Positions 1 through 9,018 of a stretch of 52,178 bases of DNA are shown one piece after another. The stretch comes from a virus (Duplodnaviria; Caudoviricetes). The notes beneath the pieces were generated by a model. That model saw only the letters and a list, made by a program, of their open reading frames with translations, ran no database searches and had not been told where the DNA came from. The DNA lies in IMG/VR virus record IMGVR_UViG_3300014168_000005, positions 1 to 52,178 of that record; one strand, 5' to 3'. The position numbers and the translations under genes are program-made. Each line of letters begins with the position of its first letter. The stretch's first letter is position 1.

Positions 1-423
1 CGCGTTGATAGCAGGCGTAAGGAGCGCCTTGTAAGCGTTTGCGCTGCCAATATCTTGCGCGTAGTTGAAAGTCTGCGATTGGGCATCGACAGCCTGCAGA
101 AGCTGATCCAGACCGAAGCCAGTCGGATACAGCGAGATCGAGTCGCCCGCGTTCCACGCAAGCGCTGTCGTCCCCTCCTGCCCGCGCAGCAGTCCAGTGA
201 AATTGTCGCTTCCACTGGCGTGTCCGTTGACCAGGATCGCTTCGCAGATGTTGGGCGAGCCATTCTTCTCTAGGGTGGCGATGAACGCCTGCCCAGGCCC
301 CAGTACCGGGAATAGTGCGCCGGCGCCAGCTAGCACCTGCGCACTGGGGCTGTTCGCGGACATTGGCGCCGCCAGTGTCGTGGTGGCGCGGTTCGAGAAG
401 AGAATTTTTGAGCTGAGTGCCAC
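1..423 (-). CDS. Tail fibre protein, N-terminal part (runs off the left end)
   Basis: Not in the ORF track. Hand translation from GTG at 423: MALSSKILFSNRATTTLAAP...RGQEGTTALAWNAGD...NYAQDIGSANAY, motifs typical of myophage fibre N-termini; follows the baseplate genes. Confidence 0.8.
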   Translation of the reverse strand, partial: MALSSKILFSNRATTTLAAPMSANSPSAQVLAGAGALFPVLGPGQAFIATLEKNGSPNICEAILVNGHASGSDNFTGLLRGQEGTTALAWNAGDSISLYPTGFGLDQLLQAVDAQSQTFNYAQDIGSANAYKALLTPAINA

Positions 424-426
424 TCT

Positions 427-1695
427 TTACGGCTCCACGACGAGAGACACGGGGGCGCCCTCGATGAAAATGGGAATGCCCGAACCCTCGGTCAGAAGTT
501 GATTCGGCATGCTGCAAGTGATGGTTACGAGCACCGTGGCTTGCGCGGTTTTACCGGAGACCAGGTCGGTGACCGTACAGACGGCGACTCCCGTAAGGGT
601 CTGTCCCCAGGACAGGTTGCGACCGGTGAAGGTCGTGTTCGGCGACAGCGGCGAATCGATCACCAGTTGGGAGCCACGATCAAACGTCGCCGTGGCGCCT
701 GTGATGACCGCCGCAGCACCTGCCAGTGCCGGGTGAGCTGGACCGGAGAGCGTCCCGCTTGCCGCCGAGTCGATGTGAGCCTTGCCACCGGGAGTTCCGG
801 CGAGCTCGCCAGTCGCGTTCGTCCCGACTTGTGCGGAGCCAGCCAGCCGCTCGGCGGTCGTCAACGCGCCGGCAGCGCTGCTCTGGATCGCAGCGGGCCC
901 GCCAAGACCGGCGGTCCGGAAGGCCCAGACATACGAGTAATTGCCAGTTCCACCCAGGACCGCCACCCCGGTCGCAGCAGTGGTCTGCGTGAACTGCGGC
1001 CCGTCACTCGTGAGGACATTCGGCCGCGCGATCGCAACGAAGCCGGTGATGATGCTGACGGCGATCGAATAGCCGAGCGGCATCTCGAGGTTGCCGCCTT
1101 CGAGAGCTGCCTTGAAGAGCTGCAGAACGCCAGGGGTGACGCCTGCTTGGAGCGACAACGCCGATTGGTCAATCGCGACCGCAATGTTGCCGCTCGATAT
1201 CACTACCCCGACGGCGCTGGTGGTTTCAGTGCCGATGGTGAAACCGGGATCGGCTGGATTCGGATCTACGCCGTCGGTTCCGACGAGGAAGCGGATGATG
1301 CGCCGCTTGAGCCAGCGGACTGAGAATTGGCGACCGTCGCCCTTATAAAGGTTCCAAGTCAGGATGCGCTTGAAAATGTCGTCCGTGAGGTCGTAGAAAG
1401 TTTGTGATGCCGGGATCGACCCGTTCAACACCATCGTGTTCAGAGCGACTGTGTTCAGCGCCCCTTTGGCAGACGAGAGCTGGCTTGCGAGTTGCGTACG
1501 CTGCAATCCGTAGAGGCCCTCGGCGACCCAGTTGAGAAGGCCGCCTGACAACCCGGGGTAGTAAGGGAGGTTGACGTTGTTGAACCAGTCTACAAAATAC
1601 TGAGTCCCCTGGTTATAAGCCTCAACTAACGCCTGCAGGTCATCATCGTCCGCGTACTGAGTGTACAGGTACGAGTTCAGCGTCTGCTGCCGCAC
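427..1695 (-). CDS. Baseplate wedge protein (DUF2612/gpI-like) with a C-terminal Ig/PKD-like extension
   Basis: Lies between the baseplate J-like gene and the fibre; N-terminal SYLYTQYADDDDL and FKRILTWNLYKGDG motifs; ~200 extra C-terminal residues. Confidence 0.7.
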   Translation of the reverse strand: MRQQTLNSYLYTQYADDDDLQALVEAYNQGTQYFVDWFNNVNLPYYPGLSGGLLNWVAEGLYGLQRTQLASQLSSAKGALNTVALNTMVLNGSIPASQTFYDLTDDIFKRILTWNLYKGDGRQFSVRWLKRRIIRFLVGTDGVDPNPADPGFTIGTETTSAVGVVISSGNIAVAIDQSALSLQAGVTPGVLQLFKAALEGGNLEMPLGYSIAVSIITGFVAIARPNVLTSDGPQFTQTTAATGVAVLGGTGNYSYVWAFRTAGLGGPAAIQSSAAGALTTAERLAGSAQVGTNATGELAGTPGGKAHIDSAASGTLSGPAHPALAGAAAVITGATATFDRGSQLVIDSPLSPNTTFTGRNLSWGQTLTGVAVCTVTDLVSGKTAQATVLVTITCSMPNQLLTEGSGIPIFIEGAPVSLVVEP

Positions 1696-1699
1696 GACG

Positions 1700-2914
1700 C
1701 TATCCCTGTGTTACCGTGATGCCGCTGCCATCGAGCGCCGTGAAAAAGTCGCTCTCCGCGTCTCCGGAAACGATGGAAGTGCCCGTACCCGGCGGAGTTA
1801 CGGTGCCATTGATGCTGACCGAGTACACCAGGCGCGTGAGCAAATCAGGCGCCAGAAGTCCGGACACTGCATTCTGGAACAGGCCATTGAGTTCGAGCTC
1901 ATTGATCGCCTGACCAATCGGCAGCGCGTTGATGTATGCGACGTGCGACGGTTGCACCAAACCCGCGAACGCGCCACCGCCCGTAAAGCTCGTCAGCGTC
2001 GTGTTCCAGGTCTCTGTGACAGCGACAGTCTGAGTGGCGGCGGCGACAAACTTGATGTTGTAGGTGTTCGGGGGATCTACCAGCGATACCGTGACGTCGG
2101 TCCCGCCCGCAGCATGCCCCAGTAAGCGACTGGGATCTCCCACGGCTTTGAAGATGGCATACGCAACTTCGTAGACATCTCCGCCCTTGACGATGACGCG
2201 AAGGCCGCCGGTGCCCACCTGAACAGAGACCTTCTGCACGCCCGCCACCGCGCCAACCAGCGTCGAAATGAGGCTCGGCCCGGAAGTCACCACCGCCCGC
2301 TGCGACCGCATCACCCGGGAACGATATGAGGACCAGGTCTCAGCAACCCCGCCAGGTATGCCGGCGCTGGGATTGGTCACCGACAACGTGATACTTGACG
2401 GGTAGGACGTCAATATCTCATTGATTGCGCCGGCCGCCGGTACTACGGTACCGGGCTGCACCGCGATCGCAGTCAACAGCGAGGTGGTGCCGCCACTGTT
2501 GATCACCCCGCCGGTCTGAACCTGATACACGTTACTGCCGTCACTGATGGTCATGCCGTCTGGCACGACATACCCCAGATTTGGCGAGTAAAATATGACC
2601 AAAACAGAGGTGTTGCTCTGCTGGTTATACGGTACGCCCGTAATTGCGCCAATCTTCAGCAACAGCGCCTCGTTGGCACCGTCCGCGGTCAGCGAATTGA
2701 CCAATTCCACGCGCGCCTGATCGCACAACGCTACGGCAGGTGTGTCCGTGCTCAGGATATCCTCGAGCAGCAATCCCGGGAGATTGTTGGTGAGACCCGG
2801 TGACAGTGCCACGGCCGCAGCATTTATCTGATCGCGAATGTCAGCCGGATCTTGGGGCTGCATCCCATTCGCGGCGACGACGACCGGGAAGTCGAAAGGG
2901 TTTGGAGTGCTCAC
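1700..2914 (-). CDS. Baseplate J-like (gp47-like) wedge protein
   Basis: 404 aa; SVTNPSAGIPGG..ETWSSYRSR motif; gene position. Confidence 0.8.
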   Translation of the reverse strand: MSTPNPFDFPVVVAANGMQPQDPADIRDQINAAAVALSPGLTNNLPGLLLEDILSTDTPAVALCDQARVELVNSLTADGANEALLLKIGAITGVPYNQQSNTSVLVIFYSPNLGYVVPDGMTISDGSNVYQVQTGGVINSGGTTSLLTAIAVQPGTVVPAAGAINEILTSYPSSITLSVTNPSAGIPGGVAETWSSYRSRVMRSQRAVVTSGPSLISTLVGAVAGVQKVSVQVGTGGLRVIVKGGDVYEVAYAIFKAVGDPSRLLGHAAGGTDVTVSLVDPPNTYNIKFVAAATQTVAVTETWNTTLTSFTGGGAFAGLVQPSHVAYINALPIGQAINELELNGLFQNAVSGLLAPDLLTRLVYSVSINGTVTPPGTGTSIVSGDAESDFFTALDGSGITVTQG

Positions 2915-3267
2915 TGCGGAATCTTGTTACTCGGGTTCAGGGCCACACCCTGATGGGTGATCACGCTGGCGTCATACACGGGGATGTCAGGACTATCAGC
3001 TCTGCGGTTGATCAGGAGAAACGCAAAGAACGCCGCGTATGCCTGTTGAATCAACGACACATAGTGATCGGGGAACACCTGCTGAGAGACCGACTCCGCG
3101 GCCGGTATTCCCGATTGCCCATAGAAAGGTGATTCGCCCAAGCCGAGGTTCAGAACCTGGCACAAAGCCGTCACGTAGACGATATCGTTGTTGCCATTCG
3201 CGTCGGTGGCCGACATCGCCCACACCCGCTGGTTCTGGCTGTTGGTGATTCTGCCCCAAGCCCTCAC
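2911..3267 (-). CDS. Baseplate wedge / sheath initiator (gp25/gp46-like)
   Basis: 118 aa; LNLGLGESPFYGQSGIP motif; between the spike and J-like genes. Confidence 0.6.
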   Translation of the reverse strand: MRAWGRITNSQNQRVWAMSATDANGNNDIVYVTALCQVLNLGLGESPFYGQSGIPAAESVSQQVFPDHYVSLIQQAYAAFFAFLLINRRADSPDIPVYDASVITHQGVALNPSNKIPQ

Positions 3268-3860
3268 ACGACACCGCCGGAGTTGCTGCCACCGGTCTGG
3301 ACATTGCTGTGCTCGTGGGCGAGGAAGACTCGGCCGTCGATGTAAACACCTGCGGAATCAATCACGATCGTATGTCCTCCGCAGGTAAGCGTGATCGCGC
3401 TCGAGGTGAGTTTGATGCTGGAATTGCCGGCTATCGAGTCGAGCAACAACACCGCCGTCTTGCCATAGACCACGCGCGTGTCGGCATCGGCCCCGGGCGG
3501 GACGTCCCAACCCTTGTTGCTGATCGGAAACCACACCAGGCTTGCAAGATTCCCTTGCAGGGGCGCCAGATTCGCGACTCCGCCCTGACCGGTAATCCCG
3601 CCGAGATAGGCGCCGATGGGGAATGCAAAGCCCTTATTGCCCGGTTGAATGGGCAATCGATCGTACTCAGGCCAGGCGAGCGGCAACGTCAACTGCGGTA
3701 GCGTCGCATCTTCCAAATCAAAGTTGACCGTCACGAAAGGGCCGTCGACCGAGAGGACATGACCGGGCAACGCCGTTCCGCGCTTCGTCACCTCATCGAG
3801 CGCCTTGCGATAGGCGAAAGCTGACAGCGATTTCGTCAGCGGTTGTTTCTGCGCGCTCAT
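3264..3860 (-). CDS. Baseplate central spike (Gp138/gpV-like)
   Basis: OB-fold-like N-terminus, beta-rich C-terminus ending in the HxH metal-binding tip motif (FLAHEHSNVQTGG). Confidence 0.8.
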   Translation of the reverse strand: MSAQKQPLTKSLSAFAYRKALDEVTKRGTALPGHVLSVDGPFVTVNFDLEDATLPQLTLPLAWPEYDRLPIQPGNKGFAFPIGAYLGGITGQGGVANLAPLQGNLASLVWFPISNKGWDVPPGADADTRVVYGKTAVLLLDSIAGNSSIKLTSSAITLTCGGHTIVIDSAGVYIDGRVFLAHEHSNVQTGGSNSGGVV

Positions 3861-4897
3861 GGACTCAACGCCGCCGCCTCAAAACTGGTGCACCAGGCAT
3901 CGGCATCGGGCTGTCGGAAGCTCGCAAAGTGCTGGACACGGGTCACCCAGAACTGGCCCTGAAACGCGGTCTTGCTTCGGGCCGGTGTATTCGGATACGC
4001 CGCCGCCTGCGAGGTCAGCACATACGGCGCCACGAGTCCCTTGGCGGGAAACTGGATGTAGTCACCGAGCGCGATATCACTGCGCAAGACCGTCTTGAAA
4101 CTGACGGTGCCTGGGGATATCCAAGTCGGTTGTCCGATCAGATCTGTGAACGCCAACTGCTTTGGCGATGCAGTCGCCTGGTTGTCGTAGGCGTAGATCG
4201 TGTTGCCGACGATCTTGATCTGCACTCCGGAGTACTCCTTGTCCGGAGTATCGTAACTCGGCTTACCAAGTTCCTGACTCTTCTGCTGGATATAGTCGGA
4301 AAGCTGCGAGAGAGTTGAATACTGGTGTGACCCGTCAACAGGTTGCGTGATATTGGCGATGTTGACATTAGCCTTCATTCCGAACTTAGCGAACGCCTGT
4401 TGCAACGTGCTGAACAGGGCTGTCGCTAGAGGCTGCTTTGCCGGCCACAATATCGATGGTATCGGCTTTAAATCCTGTTGGGATGCTGGTGGGCTCACGA
4501 CTAGTTCGAGCGTCTGCGTCGTGCCCTGCCAGTTGCCGAAGGCTTGGAATATCGTGCCCTGAAGTATGAGGCCGGACTGAGCGGCCGCCGCCGTTGCCAA
4601 CGGCAGGCCCGGCTTCATGCCAGCCGATAACGTCAGCGTCTGGCCATTGAGATCAGAAGCCTGCCCAATCATGCCGAGACCGACACCGTAAACAGCGATC
4701 TTCGCGGAGCCCTGAGCTTGATTCAACGGCGCGGCCGGCACATCGAAATCGATATGCAGCGCGCCCGGATTGTTCTTCCCGTTCACCCAACTCGTAAATG
4801 TCGAGCCACCGGCAGACTTTTTAAATCCGAGTCCGTCGTTCGTCGGCTTAAACACATTGCCTGCGCTATCCGCCAAAATGAGGTCGTAGAAGCGCAC
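3857..4897 (-). CDS. Baseplate hub protein
   Basis: 346 aa upstream of the spike; DLIGQPTWI motif. Confidence 0.7.
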   Translation of the reverse strand: MRFYDLILADSAGNVFKPTNDGLGFKKSAGGSTFTSWVNGKNNPGALHIDFDVPAAPLNQAQGSAKIAVYGVGLGMIGQASDLNGQTLTLSAGMKPGLPLATAAAAQSGLILQGTIFQAFGNWQGTTQTLELVVSPPASQQDLKPIPSILWPAKQPLATALFSTLQQAFAKFGMKANVNIANITQPVDGSHQYSTLSQLSDYIQQKSQELGKPSYDTPDKEYSGVQIKIVGNTIYAYDNQATASPKQLAFTDLIGQPTWISPGTVSFKTVLRSDIALGDYIQFPAKGLVAPYVLTSQAAAYPNTPARSKTAFQGQFWVTRVQHFASFRQPDADAWCTSFEAAALSP

Positions 4898-4900
4898 GCC

Positions 4901-5380
4901 TCAGTACTCGAACTGACCGAGATCAGCGTGGTAAAACAGAGACCCGATTCCATACGCTGCCAACAGATCCAACGGGAAATCGAGTTTCCCGGTGACTGCA
5001 ATTGGCTGCTGCGGATTGGCGGCGAGGCCAAATGTCAGCGTCTGCGCATCCACCGCGAGCATTTCATACTGACCATCGAATGGCGTGTCGGTCTCAGAGA
5101 CGCGCCCCTCGACGAGACCGCCCAATGGCACATTGTGTGGTCCGCTCAGCGAAGCTGTTGCCACGCCATCTGCCCAAGTCATCACCGCCTGGTACCGGGG
5201 CCCAGACTGCACGATCGGGCGATGCGCGAGCACGTTGCCCGACAGATCTTTCACTGTCACGTACCAGCGCTCGCCGAATGCGTTCCAAGGACAGGTCACG
5301 AGATATTGCACGCCGTTCAGCGTCGGCTGAAACTGAAACACGGTCGTCAGAGACGGCACGAAATCGACGAACGTGCTCAC
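4901..5380 (-). CDS. Baseplate plug-like protein with an inserted beta-domain
   Basis: FQPTLNG...WN...RWY motif; gene position; ~65-aa insertion resembling the one in the sheath. Confidence 0.55.
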   Translation of the reverse strand: MSTFVDFVPSLTTVFQFQPTLNGVQYLVTCPWNAFGERWYVTVKDLSGNVLAHRPIVQSGPRYQAVMTWADGVATASLSGPHNVPLGGLVEGRVSETDTPFDGQYEMLAVDAQTLTFGLAANPQQPIAVTGKLDFPLDLLAAYGIGSLFYHADLGQFEY

Positions 5381-6126
5381 GGCGGAACGAGCGTCGTGAA
5401 GCCTGTCTGCACCGATCCCGCGACGGCCGCGACGGTGCCGCCGAAGATGGAGGACACGGCGCTTCCCAGCGAGAGGCCTGACGCCGGTATCGCCGATGAG
5501 CCACCATCTAGCGGCAGGAACTTCTGCAGCTTCGACATCTGTGAGTTCACGGCGCTATCGATTGCCGAGATCGACACCAGGGGCTGCACAAAATCAAGCT
5601 GCCACATCTGTTGGCGCTGCCGACCTGCCTCGCCGCCGGTGACATCCCGCATCGACAACATCAAGCAGTCAGTGAAAATGTATGACGGAGTGACAACCGT
5701 GTACGTGCCACCGGCTCCGTTGTGCTGCGACAGCGTGCGCTGCAAAGCCGTCATGGTGGCGAATTTCGCCGCGTAGCCGCCGTCTTCGCGCGCCGGGCAG
5801 ATCATCATCATCGAGATCGGCAGGGGCTGCTGGATGGTAGCGTTCGCCGCCACGGCCTGGTTAGCCATCGGCACCATCGCCACCTGCTGACTCTGCAACT
5901 GAGTGCCCGGCAGCACGTAAAAGTGCGCGAAGAATTTATCTAAATCGACGGCTCCCGTGGGACTGCCCGACAGGATTAGGTTCTGCAGAAAGTTGACGCC
6001 CTCGGTGAGCGCCACGATCGGGAGCAGTTGCCCGAGTCCGAAGTTGGCGGCGATGCCGCGCGTCAGAATAATCGGCGAAATCTCAGTCGCGAGTTTGAAC
6101 GCGATGTAGCCGGGCGTAATCGACAT
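5377..6126 (-). CDS. Tail tube initiator / baseplate protein
   Basis: Directly after the tape measure; VAANATIQQPL, VVTPSYIF..C and WQLDFVQPL motifs. Confidence 0.55.
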   Translation of the reverse strand: MSITPGYIAFKLATEISPIILTRGIAANFGLGQLLPIVALTEGVNFLQNLILSGSPTGAVDLDKFFAHFYVLPGTQLQSQQVAMVPMANQAVAANATIQQPLPISMMMICPAREDGGYAAKFATMTALQRTLSQHNGAGGTYTVVTPSYIFTDCLMLSMRDVTGGEAGRQRQQMWQLDFVQPLVSISAIDSAVNSQMSKLQKFLPLDGGSSAIPASGLSLGSAVSSIFGGTVAAVAGSVQTGFTTLVPP

Positions 6127-6129
6127 CGC

Positions 6130-7839
6130 TCAGTTCGCCAACTGATTGGCGGCGACGTCGACTTTGTTTCCGGGAGGAGCGGAAACGTGCACGGTAATGT
6201 TGACGTTGGAGCCCCCGGCAATGCCAGAGATGTACTTCTGCTCACCGGGAGTCAGATAGGTCTGCCAGTCGCCGGGATGCAGCTTGATCGCGCGATCGAG
6301 GCTGCCGAATTTCCGGTAAATGGAGTCGTTACCTTCCTTACTCCCGACACCGTTGTAGGCCGCCAGCGCGGCCGACAGATCGCCGCCATAGCGCTTACGC
6401 AGCTCCGACAGGTAATAGCCGCCGCCGCTGGCGGACGAGGAAAAGCTCTTGGGATCGATTCCGAATGCGGCGGCGGTGCGCGGCATGAACTGGAATGGGC
6501 CGACGGCACCGGCAGCGGACGTCTTGCCGTCGTAGCTCGAGCTCGACTCCGCCTGCCACAGTCGCGCCATCGTGCCAGCCGGCAAGTTGTTCTGCTGGTC
6601 GATCCCGGCCAGGAAGCTCGCGGTCTCATCGGCACCGGCATACTTGTAATACTCGTCCGGCCGGAAGACCTTCATGAACTTGTTGCCGAGCCAGCTCGAC
6701 ATGTTGTCGCCAGCCTTAGCAGCAGCAGCGCCCGGATGCGACACCGCATACGTCACCGCGTGGACAGCGTCCGCCAGGTCACCCACATCAGAGGTGAACC
6801 GCTTCACATCGTCCAGGAACTTGGGCGCGGAAATGTGACCAGAGAACTTATTCAGCCAGTCTGCGAGTTCCTTGACCGCGTCTCTGACGAGGTCGCTCTT
6901 GAGTAGCACCTCTACGAAATGCTCTACGCCGCCCGACAGCCGCTTGAGCGGATCCGCCAATGGCGCGAGTCCTTTCACCAGCGTCGCGAAGATGCTCGAC
7001 TTCGCCTCATCGAGCGCGTCAGTCAGATCCTTCCATTTCTTGGCCGTCTGGTCCTGGATATCGAGCTTGCTGCTGCGTTGGGCGTAGGAGTCTAGCTGGC
7101 TGTTCCACTCCGCCGTCGACATCGTCCCGTACCGGCGAATATCCTCGCCGCTCACGCCCTCCATGCGGTACATCTGCGGCAGCAGCCCCCACATCTCTTT
7201 CGGGGTGGACTGCGCGAGCGATCGGATCCGCTTCATCATCGTCACGGCATCCGAGGCAGTGTTGCCGGTAAAGCCGCTCGTCAACGTGCTCCGCTTGGTC
7301 GGATCCATCTCAGCCGAGTTGATCCAACTCAGAAACGAGTCGGGGTCGCCGAGGCGCGAGAAACTGATCTGGAAGGCACGCTGCTGGCCGATGGAGACAC
7401 CGAGCCCCATGGCGCTCTTGCGCTCGTCACCAGCCGTGCGCGCCATGCGGTCGATGCCGAATAGGCTACCGGCCCCCAATAGGCCGCTGCCCAGGCCGAG
7501 CAGCCCAGACCAGCCCAGCAGGTGCCGCGTGGCGGTGAAGATGTTTTCGGCGACGGTTTTAGTCTTGCCTGCGATCGAGGCCCACGCCCGATCGGACTGC
7601 TGAAGCTGCCGGAGCTGCGTACGGGTCTCATCAGACGCTTGATGCAGGACACGCGGATACCCGAGCAGGGTGGTCTTCATGGCGTCGAACGCCTTCTGCG
7701 CGGCCGTGAATTCCTTCGTCGCCTGTTTGCCGAACGCGGGGAGCTTGCTCGCAGCCGTTTGGAATTTGTTGAACTCTTGCAGGAAGCGGGAGAATTTCGC
7801 CGCATCCAGCTCGAGGTCGATGATGCTCTTGACGGTCAC
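6130..7839 (-). CDS. Tape measure protein with a C-terminal lytic transglycosylase (SLT) domain
   Basis: Helical Ala/Gly-rich body; SLT motifs QAESS, AGAVGPFQFMPRTA and ALAAYNG. Confidence 0.9.
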   Translation of the reverse strand: MTVKSIIDLELDAAKFSRFLQEFNKFQTAASKLPAFGKQATKEFTAAQKAFDAMKTTLLGYPRVLHQASDETRTQLRQLQQSDRAWASIAGKTKTVAENIFTATRHLLGWSGLLGLGSGLLGAGSLFGIDRMARTAGDERKSAMGLGVSIGQQRAFQISFSRLGDPDSFLSWINSAEMDPTKRSTLTSGFTGNTASDAVTMMKRIRSLAQSTPKEMWGLLPQMYRMEGVSGEDIRRYGTMSTAEWNSQLDSYAQRSSKLDIQDQTAKKWKDLTDALDEAKSSIFATLVKGLAPLADPLKRLSGGVEHFVEVLLKSDLVRDAVKELADWLNKFSGHISAPKFLDDVKRFTSDVGDLADAVHAVTYAVSHPGAAAAKAGDNMSSWLGNKFMKVFRPDEYYKYAGADETASFLAGIDQQNNLPAGTMARLWQAESSSSYDGKTSAAGAVGPFQFMPRTAAAFGIDPKSFSSSASGGGYYLSELRKRYGGDLSAALAAYNGVGSKEGNDSIYRKFGSLDRAIKLHPGDWQTYLTPGEQKYISGIAGGSNVNITVHVSAPPGNKVDVAANQLAN

Positions 7840-7848
7840 GCTGTGCCC

Positions 7849-8161
7849 TCAACGGTATGGCGCCGAGCCCCGCGCAGCCCGGATCAGATCCCGTTGGCGG
7901 TATTCGTGGGCTGAATGAAAGGGAAAGTCGTCGTCGCGATTGAAGAACTCGTCAAATCCGGCACCGGCTATCCATTCGAGGGTGTCGGCGACGAGGTGGG
8001 TGGCCTCTCGCCAGTACTCGCGACCGCGGTCGAGGTCGACAAAAAATTCGCGAACTCCGTAGCATTCGAGGATTCGATCCGCGCGCTCCAGTGTTTCAAT
8101 GCGGACAACATCATTGATCGCTCCCGCTCCCGGAACATATGCGAGCCGGCCGTAAAAAAAA
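7849..8161 (-). CDS. -1 frameshift extension of the tail assembly chaperone (gpT-like)
   Basis: Open -1 frame from the T8 run (8154-8161) to TGA at 7849-7851, ending 10 nt before the tape measure start. Confidence 0.65.
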
Positions 8162-8558
8162 CGAGGGCGGACCCCACCTCCGCCACATCATCGGGCTCCA
8201 GGATCTGGCGCTGAACCGCTTCGTGATAGGGAATGGGCTCCCAACCCCGGTCGGATGGAGCCACCACGCTCGTGCGCCGCTGGATGTCAGCGATCAGTCC
8301 TTGTTTGACGCCCGCTGCGCCGCCCGGCTCGGTTTCCCACTGTCCCATTTCGGTAGCGACATCCTCAAGGACTTTATCCGCCACACGGGGTCCGGACATC
8401 GGACCCAACTCCCACATGACGACAGAGAACGCTTTCGCCAACACCCGGTAGTAGGTACGGAAGCAATTCGAATCAATAGGCGTCGAGTGGATGTAGATCT
8501 CGGTGCCGTCCACGCGCGTTACTGGCAACACAAAATTGAGGCGCTTATCGATTTTCAT
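7968..8558 (-). CDS. Tail assembly chaperone (gpG-like)
   Basis: Between tube and tape measure; contains slippery T-runs. Confidence 0.7.
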   Translation of the reverse strand: MKIDKRLNFVLPVTRVDGTEIYIHSTPIDSNCFRTYYRVLAKAFSVVMWELGPMSGPRVADKVLEDVATEMGQWETEPGGAAGVKQGLIADIQRRTSVVAPSDRGWEPIPYHEAVQRQILEPDDVAEVGSALVFFTAGSHMFRERERSMMLSALKHWSARIESSNATEFANFLSTSTAVASTGERPPTSSPTPSNG

Positions 8559-8561
8559 GCG

Positions 8562-9005
8562 CTACGGCCACAGTGAATTGTTGGCGAGCATGTATCCGCG
8601 CAACGTCAACGGATACACGGGACTGGAGCCGTCGAAGGTCATCTCGCCCGGTGTCTCAATGGCGGTGTTGTAGACATCGAACGGCGCCAGGCCAGTGCTC
8701 ACATCCGGGCGCACAGTGCACTTTCCCAGGACCGAGTTGTCCTGCAATTGCGACTCAAAGGCCGATGCCAGGGACTGCGTTTTGAGCAACTCCAGGCCAA
8801 TGGTGACCATGAGGAACGGTTCGCCGGACGTAACAGTGCCTGTCGCCGTGGGAATGAACGCGGTAGCCGCGCCTTCGCGTGCGAACCGAATCATGCCGCG
8901 GGCGAGAAACGGCGGCGTGACATTCAACTCCGAATGATCCTGGAAGGTGATGGAGGCGCGAAGGCGATTCAGGACGCCCTGAGAAACTTGTGGATTACCG
9001 GGCAC
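8562..9005 (-). CDS. Tail tube protein
   Basis: 147-aa beta-rich protein directly after the sheath gene. Confidence 0.7.
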   Translation of the reverse strand: MPGNPQVSQGVLNRLRASITFQDHSELNVTPPFLARGMIRFAREGAATAFIPTATGTVTSGEPFLMVTIGLELLKTQSLASAFESQLQDNSVLGKCTVRPDVSTGLAPFDVYNTAIETPGEMTFDGSSPVYPLTLRGYMLANNSLWP

Positions 9006-9018
9006 GTGTGCGCGCTCC

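Noticed and set aside
6130-6650. SLT domain as the endolysin
   Set aside because: In frame with the tape measure, so a virion entry enzyme; lysis genes probably lie beyond the left edge
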